This document shows, in pieces, positions 22,562-31,206 of a stretch of 64,000 nucleotides of DNA. Position numbers and translations under genes: made by a program. The notes beneath the pieces are model-generated. The model was not told the DNA's origin, did no database searches, and saw only the letters and a list, made by a program, of their open reading frames with translations. Positions within the stretch are counted from its first letter, which is position 1, and the number at the start of each line of letters is the position of its first letter. Location of the stretch: IMG/VR virus record IMGVR_UViG_3300035696_001394. One strand, written 5' to 3'. The DNA comes from an uncultured virus (IMG/VR IMGVR_UViG_3300035696_001394) (Duplodnaviria; Heunggongvirae; Uroviricota; Caudoviricetes).

Positions 22562-22837
22562 TCAGCTCGCAGTCGCCGGGGCGGTGGGGGGCGCGGTCGG
22601 CGGGATCGTGTCGTCGGCCGCGCTCGACGAGGGCGACGACTTCGGGATCTGCGCGAGGTGGACGACGGCGACGACGCCCATGACCCCCGCGCCGATGGCG
22701 ATCTGCTTCCAAGGCGTCGCGCCCGAGAGCCCCGCCTGAAGGTTGGCCTCGACGTAGCCGGTGGCACCGCCCACGAAGGTCGCACCGATGACGGAGAGCC
22801 AGTTCTCGATGCTCGTCCACTTCAGGCTGAACTTCAT
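22562..22837 (-). CDS. Small two-TM protein, holin-like
   Basis: Two hydrophobic segments; immediately upstream of lysozyme gene. Confidence 0.55.
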   Translation of the reverse strand: MKFSLKWTSIENWLSVIGATFVGGATGYVEANLQAGLSGATPWKQIAIGAGVMGVVAVVHLAQIPKSSPSSSAADDTIPPTAPPTAPATAS

Positions 22838-22865
22838 GCCATCCGCCTTCCTGCGCCCCCGGAAC

Positions 22866-22948
22866 GACAAAAGGCCGACGACTCTTGCGCGTGACGCCGA
22901 GGGGCCAATCTTGGAGCCCCACCGCGGACGCGCCGAGAATCCTCGGCC
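22866..22948 (-). ncRNA. Conserved structured 5' leader element, copy 1
   Basis: Shares CGCGCCGAGAATCCTCGGCC, CCAATCTTGGAG, CTTGCGC and GACAAAAGG with 44459..44550; compensatory base changes. Confidence 0.65.
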
Positions 22949-22960
22949 CAGACAACCCCT

Positions 22961-22969
22961 AGCGTACCA
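22961..22969 (-). promoter_or_regulatory. Putative extended -10 promoter (TGgTACGCT)
   Basis: -10-like hexamer lies 12 nt upstream of the conserved 20-mer, the same spacing as the promoter at 44563. Confidence 0.5.
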
Positions 22970-22991
22970 CTGAACGGGCCTTTATGCCGGG

Positions 22992-23603
22992 TCATCTGCC
23001 CCTCGTAAGCAGGTAGGCGACCACCGCCCCGATGACGAGCGGGATGACCGCCCGGAGCACCTCGCGGCCCACCAACGGCAGGAGCCCCTTGATCTTGCGC
23101 CAGGTCGTCAGCTCCGCCTCTTCGCCCGTCCGGCGCACGACTTCCTGCGCGACTTCGAGCGCGATGGCGCGCGCCCGGTCGGAGTCGATCTTGTTGTGCG
23201 GGTTCTTCACGAGGTCGGTCAGGCTGCGACCCGCGCTGCTCAGGATGCGATCCCAATCGTGGATGCTCGGCTCCTCGTCGTCGTCATCGTCATCGTCGAC
23301 GGACGGGGCCGCTGGCGGCGTCGGACGCGGCGGCGTCGGAACGTGCCCCGGCGGCCGACGTCGCGGGGGCGCCTTGCCTTCGAGGATCGCGAGCCGCTCC
23401 TGCACGTCGTCGAGTTCGAGTCGGAAGCCGGCGCTCAGCGCCCGCACGTACTCGTTGACGTGGAGCATGATGTCGAGCGCGCGCACGGCGATGGCGCGGT
23501 CGCTGAAGTGCGAGACGTCCTCGCGGTTGCTTTCGGGACCCACGATCTCACTGACGGGTCGAACAGGATGACGCGGCGGGGGCGGGGGCGGCACTGCGGA
23601 CAC
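22992..23603 (-). CDS. Hypothetical protein (Pro-rich, acidic tract, C-terminal TM)
   Basis: GTG start with GAGG RBS; DDDDDDDEE; AVIPLVIGAVVAYLL. Confidence 0.6.
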   Translation of the reverse strand: MSAVPPPPPPRHPVRPVSEIVGPESNREDVSHFSDRAIAVRALDIMLHVNEYVRALSAGFRLELDDVQERLAILEGKAPPRRRPPGHVPTPPRPTPPAAPSVDDDDDDDEEPSIHDWDRILSSAGRSLTDLVKNPHNKIDSDRARAIALEVAQEVVRRTGEEAELTTWRKIKGLLPLVGREVLRAVIPLVIGAVVAYLLTRGR

Positions 23604-23663
23604 CTCACACCCCCTCGATGTGTAGCTTCGATCTAACACCGCGCGCGATGCGTGCCATGTGCA

Positions 23664-23954
23664 TCAACGTCCTGCCGGCCACGCGGCGTCGATGCCCTTC
23701 GGCGTGATGTAGTAGCGCCCCTCATGCACCGCGACATGACCGCGCCGCTCGGCGGTCGAGAGCACGCGGTCGGTGACGGCCTTGTGTGTTCCGTCCATCT
23801 GCATCCAGTGCCGCCACATCCAGCGCGTCTGCCCCGGGTTGTTGTTCATCGCGACGAGGATCGCGCGGTAGGCGTGTCGCTGCTCTTCGGGCAAGCCGTA
23901 GCGCGGCCGTGCCGCTGCGCGACCGTACCGCCTGCGCAGGGCGCCCGTGTTCAT
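23664..23954 (-). CDS. RRYG-leader small protein (possible winged-helix cargo)
   Basis: MNTGALRRRYG; ends VLSTAERRGHV..GRYYITPKG; ATGA overlap. Confidence 0.75.
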   Translation of the reverse strand: MNTGALRRRYGRAAARPRYGLPEEQRHAYRAILVAMNNNPGQTRWMWRHWMQMDGTHKAVTDRVLSTAERRGHVAVHEGRYYITPKGIDAAWPAGR

Positions 23955-24187
23955 CCCGGCCTCTTCACCACGTTGCCGACGACGCCGAGCACCTCGTGAC
24001 CGTCGCGTGCCGCGCGCGACTTGGCGTGACCGATCGCTTCGACGGGCGACGCGGCGCGCACGACGTACTCCAGTTGGTGGCGCAGGCCAGGACGCGAGGC
24101 GCTGATGACCTGAAGCTGGACCGCCCACAAGCCTTCACGTCGTGCTCGCCCGTACCGCCGCTCCAGTGCATGGACCTTCAGCTTCAT
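23951..24187 (-). CDS. RRYG-leader small protein
   Basis: MKLKVHALERRYG; ATGA overlaps. Confidence 0.75.
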   Translation of the reverse strand: MKLKVHALERRYGRARREGLWAVQLQVISASRPGLRHQLEYVVRAASPVEAIGHAKSRAARDGHEVLGVVGNVVKRPG

Positions 24188-24396
24188 GCGTCTCCCATCG
24201 CTTCCTTCAACCTCTTGAGCGCTGCGCTTCGAACCTTGGCCGGAGCCGTACGGGCCGCTCGGTACGCTGCAAGCTCGGCAGGCGCCTTGCGCTCAGCGCG
24301 AGCCCACCACTTGCGGGAGTTGGCCGACCATCGATCGACGTCAGCCTGCGCTGAGCGCGAGCGGCCGTAGCGGCGCGTGAGGGCCGACCGCGCCAC
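24184..24396 (-). CDS. RRYG-leader small basic protein
   Basis: MARSALTRRYG. Confidence 0.7.
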   Translation of the reverse strand: MARSALTRRYGRSRSAQADVDRWSANSRKWWARAERKAPAELAAYRAARTAPAKVRSAALKRLKEAMGDA

Positions 24397-24401
24397 ACCG
24401 A

Positions 24402-24806
24402 CTACCCTTCACCCCGCGGGTACTCCTCGACCATGTGCCGCTTGAAGTTCGCCAGGCCCTCGCCGACCATCTTCGAGATCGCCGTCAGCTTGGCCTTCGT
24501 CATCTTGCCGGCCGGATCCTCGACGGCGAGCCACCCACCGCTGCGCCCCGTGAAGGACACCGATCCGATCCACGGGTACTTCGCGCGCAGATCGTGCTCG
24601 AACGCCTCGCGCGCCTGCTCGACTTCCCAGGACCACTGTTCCTCGGATGCGTCCGAGGCGAGACGCATGATCTTCACGTTGAACTCGTAGACCGCGTTCG
24701 GGTCGCCGAGCGTCCAGCGCGACTCGAACCTGACCTTCGGCATCGGCGCAAAGGGGTTCATCCCCGGGTTGTATCGCTGCCGCAGTATGCGTGCGTGCGT
24801 TCGCAT
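24402..24806 (-). CDS. RRYG-leader variant protein
   Basis: MRTHARILRQRYN; cargo with FTGRSGGWL. Confidence 0.7.
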   Translation of the reverse strand: MRTHARILRQRYNPGMNPFAPMPKVRFESRWTLGDPNAVYEFNVKIMRLASDASEEQWSWEVEQAREAFEHDLRAKYPWIGSVSFTGRSGGWLAVEDPAGKMTKAKLTAISKMVGEGLANFKRHMVEEYPRGEG

Positions 24807-24811
24807 GGTGC

Positions 24812-25006
24812 TCACCCGTGCCTTTCGCGCACGATCGCGACGGCCCGCGCGTGCGGAACCTTGCGCGCGAGCGGCCTGACGTGCGTGCCCTTGTTGTCCA
24901 CGAGCACGACGTCGTAGAGCCCCCTGCCCGCGGGGACCGTGATCGCTGAGAGGCTCGGCCACGAACGGCCGTAGCGCTTGCGCAGAGCATGTCCTCGACG
25001 TCGCAT
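24812..25006 (-). CDS. RRYG-leader small protein
   Basis: MRRRGHALRKRYG. Confidence 0.75.
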   Translation of the reverse strand: MRRRGHALRKRYGRSWPSLSAITVPAGRGLYDVVLVDNKGTHVRPLARKVPHARAVAIVRERHG

Positions 25007-25007
25007 G

Positions 25008-25487
25008 TCAGACCTCTCTCTTGTGAACGCCGAAGGAGCCTCTGACCGCCTTGCCCTCGCGCCAGTCGAACACCCCGTCCATGTTGCGCCCCATCTTCAC
25101 GAGGCAGTCGGCGGCCGTGTCGCAACCGGACACGTCGAAGCCGATCCCGGTCGGCGGCATCGGCCCTGACCACACGAGCTTCGTGAGCGAGCCCTGCCAA
25201 CGGGGCTTGCCCGCGGCCGTCGTGCCGTAGTTCAGGTTCCGCGAGATCGATGCGACCTCTTTGCCCTTGTGGAAGATCGGCCACGTGTCGCTCCAGAACG
25301 TGTCGCCCTTGAAGCGCGGCTCCACGCTCTCGATGCGCCCGAGGGTGAAGACCCGGCCGCCGGGCGACTTGAAGCTCTTGGGCGGAGCGTCACCCTTGGC
25401 GATCTTGCCGTGCTTCTTGTAGACGGTCTCGTCCCAAGTCGCCGCCTTGCCGTACCTGCGCCGAAGCGCGCTGCCTCTACCTCGCAT
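25008..25487 (-). CDS. RRYG-leader protein
   Basis: MRGRGSALRRRYG; GGAG RBS. Confidence 0.8.
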   Translation of the reverse strand: MRGRGSALRRRYGKAATWDETVYKKHGKIAKGDAPPKSFKSPGGRVFTLGRIESVEPRFKGDTFWSDTWPIFHKGKEVASISRNLNYGTTAAGKPRWQGSLTKLVWSGPMPPTGIGFDVSGCDTAADCLVKMGRNMDGVFDWREGKAVRGSFGVHKREV

Positions 25488-25496
25488 GGGCGCTCC

Positions 25497-25862
25497 TCAG
25501 ATCCACTCGTAGCCGAGGTTCGCCATGATCGACGACCCGAGGCTCATCGCTTCGTCGTCGCTCGACTGACCGAGCTTCTTGATCAGCGAGTAGAGCTGCT
25601 TCTCCGTCAGCTCGTAGCGGTTCTTGCCGTACTGACCGACGCCGGACGGCTCGACGCGCATCTTGCGCAGGATGCGGCCGTCCTCGCTGTTGGCGTGCGC
25701 CTCGATCGCGAACGTCTGCCCGGCGGCGAGGTACGGACGATCCTCATCCGGGGCGTTCGAGCGGATGTGCGCGAGGAACTCCTTGTACGCCGGCACCACG
25801 CCGAAGGTCATCGACTTCGCGTGTCCGTAGCGCCTTGCGAGCGCGTGTCCATGTCGTCGCAT
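25497..25862 (-). CDS. RRYG-leader protein
   Basis: MRRHGHALARRYG; ends LGYEWI. Confidence 0.8.
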   Translation of the reverse strand: MRRHGHALARRYGHAKSMTFGVVPAYKEFLAHIRSNAPDEDRPYLAAGQTFAIEAHANSEDGRILRKMRVEPSGVGQYGKNRYELTEKQLYSLIKKLGQSSDDEAMSLGSSIMANLGYEWI

Positions 25863-25864
25863 CG

Positions 25865-26419
25865 TCAGGTTCCTCCCGGCGTCATCAGTTCGAGCGCGCA
25901 CTGCCGCGCATCGTGGCCCATCGGCCGAACGGCGCGCTCCGAGAGCGCGACACGACACACCCGCGCCAGATCCGTATCGCCTGTCTCGACCGCTTTGCCG
26001 AGCAAGCGCTCGACACGCGGCCAGAACTCGGGCGAGCGCATGAGCGCCTCGACCTTCGCGTCGCGGTCGCTCCACGCCTTCATGATGCCGTGCGGCTCGG
26101 GGCCTGCTTTCGCCGCGTACTTCCGCGCTGCGACGACGGCCGACGCGGGACGCTCGAACGGGAAGGCGCCCGACGACTCGTGATGGCCGTCCTTGCCGAT
26201 CCACGCGTGCAGGCCGCCGCCCTCGGCTGCCGGCGACACGCGCAAGCTCCACCCGCCGGGCCGGCGACTGTCGTGGAAGCGCGGGTTGATCGAGTAGGTG
26301 CGGCCCTCGAAAACGAGCGAGTAGCTACCGCCCGCAATCGTGCTCCACGCGTCGAGACCTGGGAGCTTCCCCGCTCGCGCGTGACCGCTGTACCGCCGCC
26401 TGAGTGCTCGTTGCCTCAT
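25865..26419 (-). CDS. RRYG-leader variant protein
   Basis: MRQRALRRRYSG. Confidence 0.75.
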   Translation of the reverse strand: MRQRALRRRYSGHARAGKLPGLDAWSTIAGGSYSLVFEGRTYSINPRFHDSRRPGGWSLRVSPAAEGGGLHAWIGKDGHHESSGAFPFERPASAVVAARKYAAKAGPEPHGIMKAWSDRDAKVEALMRSPEFWPRVERLLGKAVETGDTDLARVCRVALSERAVRPMGHDARQCALELMTPGGT

Positions 26420-26456
26420 CGATCCGCCGTCCTCTCGTCGTGCGCGCCCGCGCACG

Positions 26457-26774
26457 CTACCGGTAGTGCCCCCTGCGCGAGTGCGCGAACTCCGCGACCT
26501 CGACAGGCGACGGCCCGAGCACCGCGCCCAGCTCCTCGGAACGGAGCCCGACCGGCGCCATCTCCTCGTACATCGGCGCGTGCGCGCCCTCGTAGAGCGC
26601 GAGCTGCGCGGGCACCTCGGCCTCGCCGATCTCGGCCTGCGCTTCCGCGACAGCCTCGGCGACCGTCTCGGGCTCGACGAAGAGCTGCCCGTGAACCTTC
26701 ATCGGGATCGCGCTGCGACCGTACCGGCGTGCGAGCCGGCGCGCGTGACCCTTCTTCTTTCCTCGCTTCGGCAT
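26457..26774 (-). CDS. RRYG-leader protein (acidic cargo)
   Basis: MPKRGKKKGHARRLARRYG; AAGGAG RBS. Confidence 0.75.
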   Translation of the reverse strand: MPKRGKKKGHARRLARRYGRSAIPMKVHGQLFVEPETVAEAVAEAQAEIGEAEVPAQLALYEGAHAPMYEEMAPVGLRSEELGAVLGPSPVEVAEFAHSRRGHYR

Positions 26775-26789
26775 GACGATCTCCTTCGA

Positions 26790-27470
26790 CTAGAAGCTGA
26801 ACCCGCCGCCCCCGCCACCGCCGGGCAACCCGCTCGTGATGGCGCTGCCCACCGCTTGCGCCGCGCTCTGCGCTGCCCCCTGCGCAGCGCCCTGCACCGC
26901 GCCTTGCACCGCGCCTACCCCGGGCACGTTCACGCTCGGCGCGCTGACGTTCACGTTCATGCCCAACAGACCGCCGCCACCCCCGCTCGGCTTCGGCGGT
27001 CCGATGAGCGTGACGGGATCAGGCGGGATGGGATCGTGCGTGTAGAACGTCAGCGCTGCCGACGTGCGCTTGTCGTAGGTCCCCGTGGGCAGTTGCGGCC
27101 CGAGCGCGCTCACGAGGTTCGCATCGAGCATGGCGTGACGCTGAAACGCGCCGATGAGCGCGAGTCCCGTCGGCGTGCGGAAGGCGATCATCCCCAGGGG
27201 ATTGCCTTTGAGGAAGTTGTGCAGATCGGATGCTTCCTTCGGGATCTGAATCGAAGCCGCCGCCGACGCCTGCGCGAGCTGACTCGGCGTCACGCCGGGC
27301 GCAGGCACCATGACGCGCATCGCTGCGGCCGGCGGCGCCTTGTGCTTGGGGCGTCGCAACCAGTCGACGAGGCCCCCGGCCGCCGCGCCGATGGGCGCTC
27401 CGATCGGGCCGCCGACGAAGAACCCCGTCGCCGCACCCGCAACCGTCGCAGTGAGCTTGGGCCACTTCAT
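26790..27470 (-). CDS. Glycine-zipper protein with peptidoglycan-binding-like domain
   Basis: MKWPKLTATVAGAATGFFVGGPIG; AFQ...TGTYDKRTSAALTFYTHDP. Confidence 0.7.
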   Translation of the reverse strand: MKWPKLTATVAGAATGFFVGGPIGAPIGAAAGGLVDWLRRPKHKAPPAAAMRVMVPAPGVTPSQLAQASAAASIQIPKEASDLHNFLKGNPLGMIAFRTPTGLALIGAFQRHAMLDANLVSALGPQLPTGTYDKRTSAALTFYTHDPIPPDPVTLIGPPKPSGGGGGLLGMNVNVSAPSVNVPGVGAVQGAVQGAAQGAAQSAAQAVGSAITSGLPGGGGGGGFSF

Positions 27471-27472
27471 GA

Positions 27473-27763
27473 TCAGCACTTCTCCCATCCGACGCGCGCC
27501 TGAACGCCGCGTCCACCGAGGTACACCGTACGAGTCCGCTCGAAGTGCGACGGGTCTTCCTGCCGCAGATGGATGAACTCCATCCCCGTGTCGAAGTCCA
27601 CGTCGTCGACCTTCCAGTCGTGACGCTCCGCCCACTCCTTGGCCGTCTCCAGCGTGAAGCGTGAGATCGGGAAGAGGAGCGTCTGCACACGCGAGCCCGT
27701 CGGGCAAAGCTTCTGCCCGCGATGTTCGTGGCCGTACCTGCGACGAAGGGCTCGATGCGCCAT
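27473..27763 (-). CDS. RRYG-leader protein
   Basis: MAHRALRRRYG; cargo VQTLLF...AKEWAERHDWK...LRQEDP. Confidence 0.8.
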   Translation of the reverse strand: MAHRALRRRYGHEHRGQKLCPTGSRVQTLLFPISRFTLETAKEWAERHDWKVDDVDFDTGMEFIHLRQEDPSHFERTRTVYLGGRGVQARVGWEKC

Positions 27764-27765
27764 GG

Positions 27766-28068
27766 CTACTCCGTGATGCCCGTCCCGACCTTGTGAGCGG
27801 CACGCACGATCCGACCGTGCGCCTCGCTGTACTCGGCCGCAGTGACGTGCCTCATGTTGCGCATCATCGACAGACGCGCTGCCGCCGCGTGGATGTGCTT
27901 CGCGTCGAGCTTGCCGCTCTTGTTGGTGAGGAGCAGACCGCCGTGACCGAGGTGCCGCTTCGACGGCAACGCGAATGCGCTGTCGGGGAGCTTCGATCGC
28001 TCCGCGTAGGTGACGTGCGTCCTGCCGTAACGGCGCCCGAGCGCCCGACCGTGCTTGTGATGCCTCAT
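27766..28068 (-). CDS. RRYG-leader protein (cargo resembles DUF6582)
   Basis: MRHHKHGRALGRRYG; AERSKLPDSAFALP...HIHAAAARL. Confidence 0.75.
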   Translation of the reverse strand: MRHHKHGRALGRRYGRTHVTYAERSKLPDSAFALPSKRHLGHGGLLLTNKSGKLDAKHIHAAAARLSMMRNMRHVTAAEYSEAHGRIVRAAHKVGTGITE

Positions 28069-28328
28069 GTCGCCCCTGTCACCCTTTCCCGATGCGCGCG
28101 CTTGAGCGCGACCCCGACCCCACCGCCGGCCATCGCGCCGATTGCCGCACCGATCGCACTGCCCGTCCCGCTGCTCGACAGAAGCGCTCCGACCGCCGCG
28201 CCCATGCCGGCCCCCACGACATCAGCGTGCTCGTGGATGTACTCCTCGGCGAACGTGATGTCGTGCGCCACCACGCTCGCGAACGAGCGGCCGTAGCGCC
28301 GAGCGAGAGCGGTGCGCTTGCGCTTCAT
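28065..28328 (-). CDS. RRYG-leader protein with glycine zipper
   Basis: MKRKRTALARRYG; GAGMGAAVG...GAAIGAMAG. Confidence 0.75.
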   Translation of the reverse strand: MKRKRTALARRYGRSFASVVAHDITFAEEYIHEHADVVGAGMGAAVGALLSSSGTGSAIGAAIGAMAGGGVGVALKRAHRERVTGAT

Positions 28329-28501
28329 GCGAGCGCCTCGGCGGCCAGATCACGGGCCGTCGTCGTGAGAACGCCACGCCCGAGCGCGGACTCCCACTCG
28401 GACATCCGTGCTCGCGCGTAGCGCCGCCTCAACGCGCGAGCACGCGCCGCCCTCTTCGCCGCGCAAGCGGGCCCGAAGTCGGGCAAGGAGCGGCGCTTCA
28501 C
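28325..28501 (-). CDS. Small basic protein with internal ALRRRYA motif
   Basis: GTG start; RARALRRRYA; ATGA overlap downstream. Confidence 0.5.
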   Translation of the reverse strand: MKRRSLPDFGPACAAKRAARARALRRRYARARMSEWESALGRGVLTTTARDLAAEALA

Positions 28502-28508
28502 GAGCGTC

Positions 28509-28742
28509 CTACTTCCCGCTCGTGACCTTCTCGATCGCCATGGCCGCGACGGCACCGACGGCCATCGCCGGCACGGCGCCGAGTTCCGCGATGACGAGGC
28601 CAGCCCCGGCGCCGACGACGCCAGCCGTCACCAAGGGGTACTCCTTGGCGAGCTTCTGGACTTCGGTGGTCGCCTTGTGGATGGGCTCCATCATCGACGC
28701 GTGACCGTAGCGTCGTGCCAGTGCGGTACGACGGCGACGCAT
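28509..28742 (-). CDS. RRYG-leader protein with hydrophobic/glycine-zipper C-terminus
   Basis: MRRRRTALARRYG; AGVVGAGAGLVI. Confidence 0.75.
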   Translation of the reverse strand: MRRRRTALARRYGHASMMEPIHKATTEVQKLAKEYPLVTAGVVGAGAGLVIAELGAVPAMAVGAVAAMAIEKVTSGK

Positions 28743-28903
28743 CACGCGTTCTTTCGCGCCGAGGACCAGACCTCGCCGTTCTTCTTCACGTAGTAGATCC
28801 GCTTCGCGTCGCGCTTGACCTTCACGCCCTCGGAGCGCTTGCCGGCATGCCCGTAGCGCTTGCGGAGCCCACGCGACCGACCGAACAGCTTGGGAAACTT
28901 CAT
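28742..28903 (-). CDS. RRYG-leader micro-protein (53 aa, absent from ORF track)
   Basis: Hand translation MKFPKLFGRSRGLRKRYGHAGKRSEGVKVKRDAKRIYYVKKNGEVWSSARKNA; TGATG overlap. Confidence 0.7.
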   Translation of the reverse strand: MKFPKLFGRSRGLRKRYGHAGKRSEGVKVKRDAKRIYYVKKNGEVWSSARKNA

Positions 28904-28932
28904 GGACCGTACCCGTACCCTTTCCGTTGTTG

Positions 28933-29166
28933 TCAGGTGAGATCGTTTTCGTCGATCTCACCCACGTTGTTCTTGCGCCACTCTGCCACGCCCTCACGTG
29001 TTGCTGCGATCTTCTTGCGTTGCTTCTCGACCGCCTTCTCCGCGTCGCTCGTGATCGACTCGATCGCCTTGGCGCCTGCACGCACGACCGATTCGACAGT
29101 CCCGACGAGGAAGTCCGCCGCCATCTTCGCGAAAAACGATTGTCGCTGTTGCTGTTCGTCGGCCAT
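28933..29166 (-). CDS. Small helical hypothetical protein
   Basis: MADEQQQRQSFFAKM...; fills gap. Confidence 0.65.
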   Translation of the reverse strand: MADEQQQRQSFFAKMAADFLVGTVESVVRAGAKAIESITSDAEKAVEKQRKKIAATREGVAEWRKNNVGEIDENDLT

Positions 29167-29181
29167 CTTGTGCCGCCTTCC

Positions 29182-30207
29182 TTACTTCTTGAGCTGCCCC
29201 GCCTTGGGGATGCACCCCAGATCGTCGGCGTCGGTGAAGAGCCCACCGGAGACGGGGACGACGAAGCCGCCGCCACCGCCCCAGCCGCCACGACCACCCC
29301 CACCACCCCCACGCGGCGGCCCGCCGAAGGTGTGCCCGTCGTGCCCCATCTCGCGGGCTTCCGCGTCGTCGTAGAAGTCGATCCGGGAGGTCTCGGTCAT
29401 CGTCCCCAGCGCGTGGACGCCGTGGATGCCGTCGCCGCTGCCGTCGCCGCCCATGCGCGACAGGCGCGGACCCCAATCGCCCTCGCCTGCGATGAGCGGC
29501 GCGTTGGGGAAGTCGGCCCTGTCGCCGCCGTCCTCGTCCAAGAACTGCGACGCCGCGAAGCCGCCGCCACCCAGGTGCATCACGCGATCGATGCCCCTGA
29601 ACCTGTTGACCGGGATCGGCATGCCCGAGAGCGTCTTCGGATCGTCGTCTTCCTCGCCGTGGAAGACCGAACCGATCTTGTGGAACAGCTTGGCGAAGAA
29701 CCCTTCCTTCTTCGGTTCGGGCGCGGGGGCCGGCTTCATCGGCGCGATGAGCCTGATCTGCGGTTCGTCGCCGAAGGGGCTGCGCATCCACCGCGGCTTG
29801 TGGAGCGACCTGGGCTGCCGCATCCAGAGCGGCAGATCGAAGCCCATCTCGTCGCCGTCGCAGCCCGTGTCGTCGCCCGCGTCATCGAGGCCGCTGCTCA
29901 ACTCGAAGCCGATGTCGCCGTGCGGCTGGTGCGTCATGACGACCGAGCCGTCGGGCATGTGCTTGATGTCCAGCTCACCGCTGAACTGGACGGTCGACAT
30001 CCAATTCTGGAAGTCGCCCATCGACGAGATGTTGCGCTCGGCGGTGTTCGGGTCGGGCGGGCGGCCGGGGGCGTACGTGTCGCCGCCCTTCTGACGCGCG
30101 AGCGCGGTCATCTGCGGGCCGTTCGCGTTCCAGAAGTTCTCGTCCACGGCCCCGATCGAACGGATCACGCCGTCCGCATCCAAGAGATCGACTTCGGTCA
30201 CACCCAT
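29182..30207 (-). CDS. Acidic, Gly/Asp-rich low-complexity protein
   Basis: 341 aa; many x-F/M-G-D/E motifs; RGG-rich end. Confidence 0.7.
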   Translation of the reverse strand: MGVTEVDLLDADGVIRSIGAVDENFWNANGPQMTALARQKGGDTYAPGRPPDPNTAERNISSMGDFQNWMSTVQFSGELDIKHMPDGSVVMTHQPHGDIGFELSSGLDDAGDDTGCDGDEMGFDLPLWMRQPRSLHKPRWMRSPFGDEPQIRLIAPMKPAPAPEPKKEGFFAKLFHKIGSVFHGEEDDDPKTLSGMPIPVNRFRGIDRVMHLGGGGFAASQFLDEDGGDRADFPNAPLIAGEGDWGPRLSRMGGDGSGDGIHGVHALGTMTETSRIDFYDDAEAREMGHDGHTFGGPPRGGGGGGRGGWGGGGGFVVPVSGGLFTDADDLGCIPKAGQLKK

Positions 30208-30223
30208 GATCCCACCACTCCTC

Positions 30224-30646
30224 TCAGGTCGTCCCGGCAGGCGTACTGCCCGAGAGCCACTGTTGCATCGTCGGTGCGTTCGCCCCGTCCCACCCGTTGG
30301 GGACGTTGAGCCACGGGTAGACGGGGACGTTCGCCATGTCGACCGGCGGCGTGCGGCCCGACAGATCGAGCCTGAGCGCCGTCATCGTCGAGGTGCCCGG
30401 GTAGCCATCCGCGTTGAGCCCGGCCTTGTGCTGGAAGAGCTTGTAGACCGGCTGGTCGATGCGCCTGTAGCCGTAGTGCTGGAGCAGCGCGTTCATGTCG
30501 AGCGCCGGATCGCCCGTCATGGTTCCGTCCTTCGGCGAAGGCGGCGGCAGCTTCTTCGAGCCCTTGGACTTGGGCATGAGGTCGACGATCGCCTCATAGA
30601 CGACCGTCCCCAGAGCTGCGACTGCGATGATTGCCGGCCACGCCAT
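30224..30646 (-). CDS. N-terminal TM protein with peptidoglycan-binding-like domain
   Basis: MAWPAIIAVAALG; FQHKAGLNADGYPGTSTMTAL. Confidence 0.7.
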   Translation of the reverse strand: MAWPAIIAVAALGTVVYEAIVDLMPKSKGSKKLPPPSPKDGTMTGDPALDMNALLQHYGYRRIDQPVYKLFQHKAGLNADGYPGTSTMTALRLDLSGRTPPVDMANVPVYPWLNVPNGWDGANAPTMQQWLSGSTPAGTT

Positions 30647-30658
30647 GATGCTCTCCTC

Positions 30659-31150
30659 TCACGTCCTGTTCTTGTACGTGCCGGGCGGGCCCCACCACGA
30701 GGGACGCGGCGAGCACGGCGCCGGGGCGTGCGACACGTACTTCGAGAGAAGCGCCGCGACGTCGTGGCCGTAGCGACCGTCGGTGCCCGGGGGGTTGACC
30801 GCGTTCCACCCCGCACCGCCGTTGAGCTGCGCGAGTCCGGCGGCAGCCTGGAAGTTGCGCACCGCCTGCTCGCTGCTCGCGTCGCACGGGTTGAGCGCGG
30901 CGAGCTGCGTGGCGGCCGTCTGGAGCACGTCGGGCGCAGCCTGCGGCGCCGTGTACACGTACGTGCCGCCAGGCACCTTGTGCGGCATCACCGGTTGCTG
31001 CGAGACGACGATCGGCGCCGTCGGGCTCACGACGCCCGGCACGAACGAATGCGGCGCGGGCGCCAGCTTCTTCTTGAAGAACAGATCCCGCACGATCTCG
31101 TAGCCGGCCACGGCAACCGCGCCGACCCCCAGGATTACCGGCCAGGCCAT
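30659..31150 (-). CDS. N-terminal TM protein with peptidoglycan-binding-like domain
   Basis: MAWPVILGVGAVAV; AVRNFQAAAGL...DGRYGHDVAALL. Confidence 0.7.
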   Translation of the reverse strand: MAWPVILGVGAVAVAGYEIVRDLFFKKKLAPAPHSFVPGVVSPTAPIVVSQQPVMPHKVPGGTYVYTAPQAAPDVLQTAATQLAALNPCDASSEQAVRNFQAAAGLAQLNGGAGWNAVNPPGTDGRYGHDVAALLSKYVSHAPAPCSPRPSWWGPPGTYKNRT

Positions 31151-31206
31151 GACTCACCTCTTTCCATTGCAGCCGACATGATACCTCATCCTCTCCTCGG
31201 GGGCCC

